From positions 32,001 through 96,000 of the IMG/VR virus record IMGVR_UViG_3300023174_003073: DNA of 64,000 nucleotides, one strand, 5' to 3'. Within the stretch, counting starts at the first letter, position 1. Every line of letters begins with the position of its first letter. Under the pieces are notes generated by a model. That model searched no databases and was not told where the DNA came from. It saw nothing but the letters and a program-made list of their open reading frames with translations. Source of the stretch: a virus. This document shows positions 49,154-57,146 of the stretch, in pieces. The translations under genes and the position numbers were made by a program.

Positions 49154-49347
49154 TCTTTAACTTTCTGTGGATAATAATATGTACAATCACTACGGCGTAT
49201 GTCCCAACTGCTACCTAGACCGCCTAGATGATGTAACGTCCATCTAGCACGGTCATGTGCTTCTGGTACAGCCATTGGCCAGGGAGTATTGTTGCGGCAC
49301 TGAATGTACTGCTTGAGATAAACATAACTTTGTTCACGTGCCCACAT
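49150..49347 (-). CDS. Small hypothetical protein between queD and queE
   Basis: ORF track. Confidence 0.55.
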   Translation of the reverse strand: MWAREQSYVYLKQYIQCRNNTPWPMAVPEAHDRARWTLHHLGGLGSSWDIRRSDCTYYYPQKVKE

Positions 49348-49355
49348 TATAGACC

Positions 49356-49919
49356 TTATGCAAATAAATCTTCATTCCATTCACGATGACCTTCACGGAA
49401 TGCCATGTTTGCTTGTGTCTCACGTACTTCAACACGATAGCACCATAGACGTTCTGCTTCACCGTTACCCCACATATCTGGAATATACACTCCATTGACA
49501 TATTTGTAAAGCATATCGGCTAAACTCTCACAACCAATTCTTGGGAGAATAGTTAACTTAGCTAATTTCTTTTCTTGCAACATTTTGAATGTTTCAAGTT
49601 CTGGGTCATCTTGTGCTACCAATAGTGTATGGTCAAATTGATCCTCAAGAATCTTCTTTAACTCTTTTAGTCCACCATAGTCAGCCGCCCAGTTACGAAC
49701 ATCTAAATCGTCAGTACCAAAATAAAATTTCATACTGAAACTATAACCATGAATCATATTGCAATGACTGTCTGCACGCCATTGACGATATGCACACGGG
49801 AATGCATCGTGATATTCCTTAGTACTTGTGAATTTATATTGTCTTGCTGAATTCCAACGATGTGTTGTAAAGTTTTCTTCTAAGTGACGAATTAAGTCAC
49901 CGGTTGATGAGTTTGCCAT
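49356..49919 (-). CDS. queD: 6-carboxytetrahydropterin synthase QueD
   Basis: HCNMIHGY, DYGGLK, FDHT, GCESLA, VRET. Confidence 0.88.
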   Translation of the reverse strand: MANSSTGDLIRHLEENFTTHRWNSARQYKFTSTKEYHDAFPCAYRQWRADSHCNMIHGYSFSMKFYFGTDDLDVRNWAADYGGLKELKKILEDQFDHTLLVAQDDPELETFKMLQEKKLAKLTILPRIGCESLADMLYKYVNGVYIPDMWGNGEAERLWCYRVEVRETQANMAFREGHREWNEDLFA

Positions 49920-49924
49920 TATTT

Positions 49925-49990
49925 TCTCCTATGTTAATTATAGCATAGGCAGCAGAATTTGTAAAGCGGGATGATGTCCAGAGACCGCTA
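49925..49990 (-). ncRNA. preQ1-I-like structured RNA plus SD-sequestering hairpin (candidate riboswitch)
   Basis: AGCGG-UCUCUGGACAUCAUC-CCGCU-UUACAAAUUCUGCUG, then CCUAUG/CAUAGG stem over the SD. Confidence 0.4.
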
Positions 49991-49993
49991 TCT

Positions 49994-50458
49994 TTATTTA
50001 CCTTTTTTCTGTTCCGCTTCCATAATTCTTTTTCGCAAGCTACTGCTACTAAAACTATGGTCACGCCCGTTATAGATAATCTTAATATTTCTTCTTTCAC
50101 AGATTTCTTTACCACTGAAATCTTTGTCTGCATATTCAATACCTAGTATACGCACATCAATAGGTAGTGTTAATAGAATGTCAGATAAATCCTTCTCTGT
50201 ATTATAGATAACAATCTCGTCAACGGTGCGTACTGCACTTAAACTGATTTGTCGTTCTACAATACTTTGAATTGGTTCATTCTTTTCTGGTCTATCCCAT
50301 TGAGCATTGTTTTGCAATCCAGCAATCAAATAATCACAGTGATTTTTAGCCTCACTGAGCATTGCAATATGACCTGCATGTAATAAGTCAAATTGACTAA
50401 AGGTAATACCAATAATCAATCCACGTTCTTTAAGTTCTTTAATCTTATTGAATATCAT
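49994..50458 (-). CDS. Cytidylyltransferase (TagD/glycerol-3-phosphate CT-like)
   Basis: FDLLHAGH, R.H.FSSSSLR. Confidence 0.88.
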   Translation of the reverse strand: MIFNKIKELKERGLIIGITFSQFDLLHAGHIAMLSEAKNHCDYLIAGLQNNAQWDRPEKNEPIQSIVERQISLSAVRTVDEIVIYNTEKDLSDILLTLPIDVRILGIEYADKDFSGKEICERRNIKIIYNGRDHSFSSSSLRKRIMEAEQKKGK

Positions 50459-50691
50459 TCTTCAACTCCGAAATGTTTTTTAATAGCAGTAGCATAAAGA
50501 TTACTTGAATGCTCTCCTGCTGATTTTATTTCGTAAGTTTTCCCTTCGTTGATGCAGGCTCGCACACATTCCTGAACAGTCAAATGAAATAATCGTTCAA
50601 TGGCTTCTTGTGTGTAAGTATCTAACTCTTCCCAACAACCATCTGCTATCAACCCCGATTGATATATCAAGTCATCTAATGCTTTGTTCAT
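50455..50691 (-). CDS. Hypothetical phage protein (HFGVEE type)
   Basis: Paralog of 32896..33156. Confidence 0.65.
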   Translation of the reverse strand: MNKALDDLIYQSGLIADGCWEELDTYTQEAIERLFHLTVQECVRACINEGKTYEIKSAGEHSSNLYATAIKKHFGVEE

Positions 50692-51362
50692 TTCTGTCTC
50701 GCAATTTGATAGAACTCTGCACGTGCCGCTGGGTCAGTTTTGAAACCACCGCCTAAGCGTGTAGTCACTGTTGAACTACCAGTATCTTCTACACCACGAC
50801 TCTTAACACAATAGTGTTGTGCATCAATCATAACTGCAACATCTTCTGTGTCCAGAATAAATTGTAGTGTGTGAAAGATTTGTTCAGTTAATCGTTCTTG
50901 GATTTGTGGTCGCTTACTAAAGTATTCTACAATGCGATTAATTTTGCTTAAGCCAAGTACTCTGTCTTTGGGAACATATGCTACAGTAGCAAGCCCATCA
51001 ATAACAACAAAGTGATGTTCACAATTGCTTTGTACATTAACATTTCGTTCACATACCATTTCATTGTATTTCATTTTGTTGTCAACAGTAGTACATTTAG
51101 GGAATGCTTCGTAATCAAGTCCCCAAAAGATTTCATTGACATACATTCGGGCGACACGCTTTGGAGTATCACATAAGCTATCATCGTCTAGGTCTAATCC
51201 TAATACCTGCATGATATGTGCAAAGTCTTTTTCAATAAGGTCAATCTTATTCTTGCGGTCTAGTGCTGTTTGAAATGTTGGCGTTTCAACACCCATTTTG
51301 ACTAAGTGTTCGTGTACTTTTAATCCTAATTCAGGATCAGTTTTTGTCTTATTATAACTCAT
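50688..51362 (-). CDS. folE: GTP cyclohydrolase I
   Basis: TPKRVA, CEHH, GLSK, QIQERLT, HYCV..RG. Confidence 0.96.
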   Translation of the reverse strand: MSYNKTKTDPELGLKVHEHLVKMGVETPTFQTALDRKNKIDLIEKDFAHIMQVLGLDLDDDSLCDTPKRVARMYVNEIFWGLDYEAFPKCTTVDNKMKYNEMVCERNVNVQSNCEHHFVVIDGLATVAYVPKDRVLGLSKINRIVEYFSKRPQIQERLTEQIFHTLQFILDTEDVAVMIDAQHYCVKSRGVEDTGSSTVTTRLGGGFKTDPAARAEFYQIARQK

Positions 51363-51435
51363 AGATAACCCTCCGTTGTGAGTGTTTTATTTTGACGTTG
51401 TGCAACCTTTGTGTTGCACAAGTATTTATCACAGA

Positions 51436-51624
51436 TTAAGCCTTAGCTTCTTTTCTTGCGGCTTTTTCAGCAGTAATTTCGTTACGGCGTGCTTTAATAG
51501 CTTTAGCCATTTCTGCTAGTGCTTTGCGGGCACGTGTGCCTGCTGATGCATTACCTTTTTCGAATTTTTCGTTCTCCATTAAGTAGTCATCAAAGTGTGT
51601 TTTAATATCGTTATGTGCGTTCAT
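51436..51624 (-). CDS. Histone H1-like (Hc1-family) basic protein
   Basis: EKGNASAGTRARKAL. Confidence 0.7.
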   Translation of the reverse strand: MNAHNDIKTHFDDYLMENEKFEKGNASAGTRARKALAEMAKAIKARRNEITAEKAARKEAKA

Positions 51625-51644
51625 TTTATTTCCTTTATGTTAAA

Positions 51645-51833
51645 TTATTCGTGTATATCCTGTACACTCTCTACGGCATTTTCATACCCACGCTCGTAGT
51701 CCTCAGCGTCTGCCTCTGCATTTTCTACATTAGCATATGGGTTAAAAAATTCTTCATTTGCTAATCCTGATGCATAACCCTGCATATAGGGTGCTTCTGC
51801 ATATAGTTCTATTTTTACTTTTTTCTTAGCCAT
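51645..51833 (-). CDS. Hypothetical protein
   Basis: ORF track. Confidence 0.55.
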   Translation of the reverse strand: MAKKKVKIELYAEAPYMQGYASGLANEEFFNPYANVENAEADAEDYERGYENAVESVQDIHE

Positions 51834-52435
51834 TATTCTTCTTCCTTTTTAGGTCCTTCGTATGGTCTATCAAAAGGCCATTTAGCAGTTTCTACTGTGT
51901 TAGCTACCGGATCACCGAACGGCCAAGCTGCTGTGGAATTTAGCGGCCATGTACCTATAGGATGTGGTGTTTTAGATTCTACTGGTTCTTTATCTGCCAT
52001 AGTTTCTTTAATTTTTTCACCATTAACTTCTTCGCCAGTATCTTCATTAACAAGTAACAACGGACCATGAAACCAGAATTCAGTGTCATCGTTAGTCCAA
52101 CCTAATTCTTCTACGCCCTCGTAGTAATTTTCGTCCCAGGCTTCGTTGAATGCTTCTAAATCTTCTTCAGTACAATTTCTGCCTGCTTCGGTGTCAGCCC
52201 AGCAACCATCCATCATTTCTTCCATTTCCCAGCATACATCATCATCAATGTAGCCAAGTTCATAGCCATCTTCATTTACTAATTCTTCATCAGTTAATGG
52301 ACGTTCATCACATTCAACATAGAATGTTCCCCAACGAAAACCTTCTTCACGGATAATTACTTTATCACCGTTAGTCCAAATTTGTCGTTCAATCGCACTT
52401 TTCTTGTAGTAGTTTGATAATTTCCAAGTTGCCAT
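51833..52435 (-). CDS. Acidic Trp-rich hypothetical protein
   Basis: ORF track; repeated WPF motifs at C-terminus. Confidence 0.7.
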   Translation of the reverse strand: MATWKLSNYYKKSAIERQIWTNGDKVIIREEGFRWGTFYVECDERPLTDEELVNEDGYELGYIDDDVCWEMEEMMDGCWADTEAGRNCTEEDLEAFNEAWDENYYEGVEELGWTNDDTEFWFHGPLLLVNEDTGEEVNGEKIKETMADKEPVESKTPHPIGTWPLNSTAAWPFGDPVANTVETAKWPFDRPYEGPKKEEE

Positions 52436-52444
52436 GTTTACTCC

Positions 52445-53620
52445 TTAATATTTACTTTCTCTTGTGTGTTTACGATAATCAGTTGACATACGCAACCACT
52501 GTTCACCATTGCCTTCCATGATATCACAGATACGGTCAATAGTCTTATCATTCCAATCGCTAATTGCACCTTGATTTTTACTTGGTGCATGTAGCATATT
52601 GAATAATTTAATAGTTGCATCTTCTACACTCCATGGAGTATACAGCCTTGTGTGGTCATTAGCAAATGTTTCGGGGAAACTACGATATGCTGGATAGCAT
52701 ACGTTACAACCCAATGCATCTGCTTCACTTACAGTATTACTAACCCAGTCTTGCAATGCACAATTGAATACAATGCGTGTATCATTCAACAATGCATAGT
52801 AGTCATTCTTTTCTAGGTCTTCGTAAACTTTGAGTTTACCGTCTTTACGCATTTGTTGTGTGCGTTCCATATAGCTACTGTTGTTACTCTTTATTTTGCT
52901 GCCACTGAATACACAAAACTCTGCTACATTTTCAAAACGCTTATGAAATTCTTCAATCACATCCATATAGAAGTCAGGTTGTTTCTCCTGATCCCAACGT
53001 GCAGAAAATGCAATGCGCTTTTTACGTTTGTCAAATGGCTTTAGTTCGCCAACACGACCACGCACCTCATCTTTACCGAATGCAAGACCTGATATATTAT
53101 AAATTGGGGCTTCCCAGCCTGCAATCTTCATAAGCATTACCATTTCTTCATTCGTAGCAAGTACACCATCGACAAACGAATCCACCATCTTTTCATAATG
53201 ACCCATAAATTTAGACATGCCCCACACATGAACAAAATCATCAGGATCAATGGACTGAGCAAGGCAGCGCACAAAAATGCGAGGCCTACTAGAATCGGGA
53301 ATCTGGTTAAGAATATAAGGTAGGCTTTCGATGCCAGGCTGGAACATGTCCTCAAAGTAAATAACGTCCTCATTATTCAGTTCTCCTGCCTTCATCATAC
53401 GAATCAAATTCATTAGTTGCGACATACCAAAGTATGTGCGACCATGTGCATCTAATACTTGACCAGTAACAATCGCTTGGTCGTTACTTAGTGTTTCACC
53501 GGGTACAATGACGTAATCAATGCCCCGTTTCTCAAAGACAGCACGATTCCACTCTTGTAGTTGTAGAGTGTATCGTGCTTTATAAGGCTCAAGGCCCATA
53601 TAATATAGTCTACGCATCAT
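52445..53620 (-). CDS. Glycosyltransferase (GT-B/GT4-like)
   Basis: FSARWDQEKQP, DWVSNTVSEADALG, SFPE. Confidence 0.8.
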   Translation of the reverse strand: MMRRLYYMGLEPYKARYTLQLQEWNRAVFEKRGIDYVIVPGETLSNDQAIVTGQVLDAHGRTYFGMSQLMNLIRMMKAGELNNEDVIYFEDMFQPGIESLPYILNQIPDSSRPRIFVRCLAQSIDPDDFVHVWGMSKFMGHYEKMVDSFVDGVLATNEEMVMLMKIAGWEAPIYNISGLAFGKDEVRGRVGELKPFDKRKKRIAFSARWDQEKQPDFYMDVIEEFHKRFENVAEFCVFSGSKIKSNNSSYMERTQQMRKDGKLKVYEDLEKNDYYALLNDTRIVFNCALQDWVSNTVSEADALGCNVCYPAYRSFPETFANDHTRLYTPWSVEDATIKLFNMLHAPSKNQGAISDWNDKTIDRICDIMEGNGEQWLRMSTDYRKHTRESKY

Positions 53621-53823
53621 ACTCTTGCGTCAGCATCCCAAGAATTTTTAGGCCACTTGCCTGTCAATTGTTTTTGATGTTGGCGATATACATAACTACG
53701 CATATCGTACAAACTTGCCTCATCAAACTTGTATCCAAAGTCAACACAGAACTCCTTGTATTTTTCAAGGTCTTCAAAGATTTGATGAACTTTAGGATTA
53801 GGTTGAAAAGTTGGTTTTGCCAT
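53617..53823 (-). CDS. Hypothetical protein
   Basis: ORF track. Confidence 0.65.
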   Translation of the reverse strand: MAKPTFQPNPKVHQIFEDLEKYKEFCVDFGYKFDEASLYDMRSYVYRQHQKQLTGKWPKNSWDADARV

Positions 53824-53834
53824 TGTATTACCTC

Positions 53835-54284
53835 TTAGATTGTGACCGTTAAGTTTGGTCGTTTAGTGTTATAGTAAATTGAACATCCGTTCTCTCCATC
53901 TTCTGAGACTTCGATTTGAATGTCACGGTCTGGATAACGACTTGCAATAACCTCATAAAGGTCATCACTAATCATTTCACAGCTTTTGTTATTCAACTCA
54001 AGTATACCTCGAAATAAACTTTCAAGCCAACGCTTGAATTGAATGAACTCTATATCCCGATCATTATGCGTTACTTGAATGCCAACTCGGAAATGAAATA
54101 TATGACGATGCGGTGTGCTTAAAAAGCTAACATCATATTCGTCACCTGTTGCTAATGCAGGATCGTGACCTGCTTGTGGATAGCAATGAATACCTTCTTT
54201 TTGAAAAGTAACCCAGATAAATCTGTTTGCTACTGTACGAATACGTTCACGCTGTTCTGCTAATGCTTGTTCTCTTTGTTCCAT
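53835..54284 (-). CDS. QueD-paralog T-fold protein, DpdL-like (putative CDG decarboxylase)
   Basis: EGIH, LSTPHRHIF in place of QueD CxxxHG(H/Y), SCEMI, SEDGENG. Confidence 0.65.
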   Translation of the reverse strand: MEQREQALAEQRERIRTVANRFIWVTFQKEGIHCYPQAGHDPALATGDEYDVSFLSTPHRHIFHFRVGIQVTHNDRDIEFIQFKRWLESLFRGILELNNKSCEMISDDLYEVIASRYPDRDIQIEVSEDGENGCSIYYNTKRPNLTVTI

Positions 54285-54285
54285 T

Positions 54286-54510
54286 TTAAAAAGTCCTGTT
54301 TAATGTTGCCCATGTGAGCCATTGATGAAATGTTTTATATACCATTTCTGCCTCATATTCATCTTGTGGTATCTTCACACCACGAATATAAAAACCATCG
54401 GGAGAAATCCTCAACATTTCACTATTAGTAGATGACCTAAATGTAATTGTATTTTTCATTTCCATATGTGTGATAGGTGCCGCTTGTGTTTCTTGTATCA
54501 TAAAAGTCAT
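54286..54510 (-). CDS. Hypothetical protein
   Basis: ORF track. Confidence 0.55.
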   Translation of the reverse strand: MTFMIQETQAAPITHMEMKNTITFRSSTNSEMLRISPDGFYIRGVKIPQDEYEAEMVYKTFHQWLTWATLNRTF

Positions 54511-55988
54511 ACAAACTCAAACAATTCGTTAAACTTAGTCAATGAGTTAACAGTTTTCTTGCCACTCATACCTTGACTACCACTTTGCATTTGCTTCCAT
54601 AGATTACTATGTGCATCAATAACATCATGGCTAGCTTGTCTAGTCTTTTGTGCAAATACATCATCAATAACTTGTTTGAATGTTAGTCCAGACAAATCAT
54701 GTTTAAGCATTGCAGGTATAACACCTGTTTCATACTTACGATTAGCTTCTTGAACCGCAGTCATATGCTGATAGACATTATGACTTTGTAACAATGTATA
54801 ACTCAAAGTATCCCAACTCGTTTTAGTTTCTTTACCATGTTGACCAATGAAGCCTTGCCCTCGATAGCACAAGTCCTTCATTAGTAGTTTATCAGTTACT
54901 GGACTATCTGTAAAGACTTTATGGATGCCGTCAGCCAAAACTCCGTCTCTAAACTTACGGGTATCTGTAGCATAGTCTTTATTCTCAGCAGTTTTCTCCA
55001 TACTGTATGACCATTTCTTCTCATGTTCAATACTGTTATTGAAATATGCCAAACCTTTAGCCGCACTAAAGAATGGGCTAGCACAGTCAAATGTAATTTG
55101 TAGTTTTGGGTTGTGGTTTTTACGAATAGCTTTTTGAATATCAGTGAACAATACGGCATACTCAAGTATTGACACACCCAAACAGTGAATCAAGTCATGT
55201 TTACCTTCTTGTAGTAAACCATCATATATGATATCAACCATTCTACGCAACATCAAATGTACATCAATCTTTGTTTGTCCACCGAATGCCCAACCATTGA
55301 AATGATTATCTGGATAGATGTTTGGGTCGCAGTATTTCTTCATTTCATCATACCATTTATCACTATCAGTATGAGTACGACCTTGCAATACGTTTAGAAA
55401 CTTACACTTACCATTACGATTCTTAATAAAGTATTCGTTGTTGATATGGGTAGCACTGATTGCTTGTTCAATAGTACTGATACCGTGCAATGAAACACCG
55501 TTCTTGTCCTTCATGTCAAAAGTAGTTGTAGATTGTGAAGGGATATCTAAACACATACCATAGTCCATGTATGTGTCCATCCAGTTCAATACTGCTTTAC
55601 GCTTGACCATAGCACGGGGACAATTAGGATCCTTCCAATCAGCTGGCCATTGACCTTTAAGAATCTGAAATCCACCTGAATCACCTAAAATGAATGTACC
55701 TTCTTCACGTTTACGAATGATACTTTCATTATGGTCAACTTTGTTTGTATCTAAGTTAGCATGACCAGCAGAATACAAGCCCCATTTGTATGTGTATAGA
55801 CCTTCTTTACTGTTTAAGAAGTTTAGTTTCTCTACATCACCATTGAAACTTGCAGGTATACGTGCTAAGTCAAAGTAAGGTTCACCCTCACGTTGCTTAC
55901 CCAAGCCAGAAATATAGAAACTACTGACTGCGGGTAAGAACAATGCCCATTCAGGGTCATGTTGATTAGACAGGTTGATGTTGGACAT
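54507..55988 (-). CDS. TGT-fold guanine transglycosylase, DpdA-like
   Basis: DSGGFQ, LDIP, VLQG, WAFGG, HCLG, FDCASP, HN. Confidence 0.8.
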   Translation of the reverse strand: MSNINLSNQHDPEWALFLPAVSSFYISGLGKQREGEPYFDLARIPASFNGDVEKLNFLNSKEGLYTYKWGLYSAGHANLDTNKVDHNESIIRKREEGTFILGDSGGFQILKGQWPADWKDPNCPRAMVKRKAVLNWMDTYMDYGMCLDIPSQSTTTFDMKDKNGVSLHGISTIEQAISATHINNEYFIKNRNGKCKFLNVLQGRTHTDSDKWYDEMKKYCDPNIYPDNHFNGWAFGGQTKIDVHLMLRRMVDIIYDGLLQEGKHDLIHCLGVSILEYAVLFTDIQKAIRKNHNPKLQITFDCASPFFSAAKGLAYFNNSIEHEKKWSYSMEKTAENKDYATDTRKFRDGVLADGIHKVFTDSPVTDKLLMKDLCYRGQGFIGQHGKETKTSWDTLSYTLLQSHNVYQHMTAVQEANRKYETGVIPAMLKHDLSGLTFKQVIDDVFAQKTRQASHDVIDAHSNLWKQMQSGSQGMSGKKTVNSLTKFNELFEFV

Positions 55989-56346
55989 GAGTCTCTTTTC
56001 TAATTAGTGTTTGAACCATTTTGATTTGATGTTGCTTGTCTTTAACTTGTTGTAGTAAATCATTGATGGCAACATTATCTTTTGCTAGTTGTTCTATTTC
56101 ACGTTCTTCACGTATTTTGTCACGTGCCCAGTCTAAGATTTGTTCAGCCTCAGGATTTAATCCAACATAGTAAGTACCCAAGTTAAGATGTTGCCAGCTA
56201 TTGCCATTGTATACTTCTAAACGTTGAAGGTTAATGTTATACTGTAATTGCCCAACACTCATGTAATTACTGTTGTTGATATAGTTACTAGCAGGACCGC
56301 CAGTAACTGCAATATACTTACCAGTTTGACTGATATTACCTATCAT
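55966..56346 (-). CDS. Hypothetical protein
   Basis: G.LQYN....LEVYNG.SW plus coiled coil. Confidence 0.65.
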   Translation of the reverse strand: MIGNISQTGKYIAVTGGPASNYINNSNYMSVGQLQYNINLQRLEVYNGNSWQHLNLGTYYVGLNPEAEQILDWARDKIREEREIEQLAKDNVAINDLLQQVKDKQHQIKMVQTLIRKETHVQHQPV

Positions 56347-57071
56347 TTTGTTTTTGCTGGTAATAGATATTGATAAACTGCAAGACCACTATCAACAATG
56401 ATTTCACTTGCACCTTTATCACTGATACGATATTTTTTGTCGCCAGGTAAACTAAGAATGCTGATAACGGCTTGTACTGGCCAGTTCCACTTGCTTGCCA
56501 ATGAACCACCTACATTGCTTTGAAATACAAAGTTGCCACTGTGAGTAGAGGGATCACCAAAGTAAATTTTCAAATCAGTACCATCAACTTTAGTCATAAA
56601 GGTTGCTTCTTCACTGTTAGCACTTGCTTGTTTCTTCAAACGCAGAATGTTTGCAACAGTTGGTTCAAAGTCTACGTTCCAAGTTGCGCCTTTAAAAGCA
56701 ACATTGCCAACTTTATCTTCTACAATTGTTCTTGGCATCAAACGATAGTCATTAATAAATGATTTGTCTAATGTTTCAAAGTGAATGCTATCCGGAGTAT
56801 CAACACCATCACGATTAACCTTTGTCATTGAGATTTTTGATGTGTTATCATACTCGTCAAAACTCAAAATAGTTTTAAGTTTGCCCAAGTTAGGCATACC
56901 AAACACACCAATGAATTCTGGGTGCGGGTTTTTAAATGTACCAGTAACGATAACGCTTTTATCTTCTGCAATTGCATTGATAACAGTTTCGGTATCTGTG
57001 CCAGTGACCTTGATTAGGTCTACACCTAATGCTGAGGTATGTTGAATAATGTCTAGTAATGTATCTTTCAT
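56343..57071 (-). CDS. Probable DNA polymerase sliding clamp (gp45-like)
   Basis: Size, position after the polymerase, two-domain beta-rich pattern ending YQYLLPA. Confidence 0.6.
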   Translation of the reverse strand: MKDTLLDIIQHTSALGVDLIKVTGTDTETVINAIAEDKSVIVTGTFKNPHPEFIGVFGMPNLGKLKTILSFDEYDNTSKISMTKVNRDGVDTPDSIHFETLDKSFINDYRLMPRTIVEDKVGNVAFKGATWNVDFEPTVANILRLKKQASANSEEATFMTKVDGTDLKIYFGDPSTHSGNFVFQSNVGGSLASKWNWPVQAVISILSLPGDKKYRISDKGASEIIVDSGLAVYQYLLPAKTK

Positions 57072-57146
57072 TTTGTGTCCTTTAAGTTATTTAGGAAGAT
57101 TATCTGTGTATTATAATGGAATATTTTGCGAATGTCAAACATTAGT

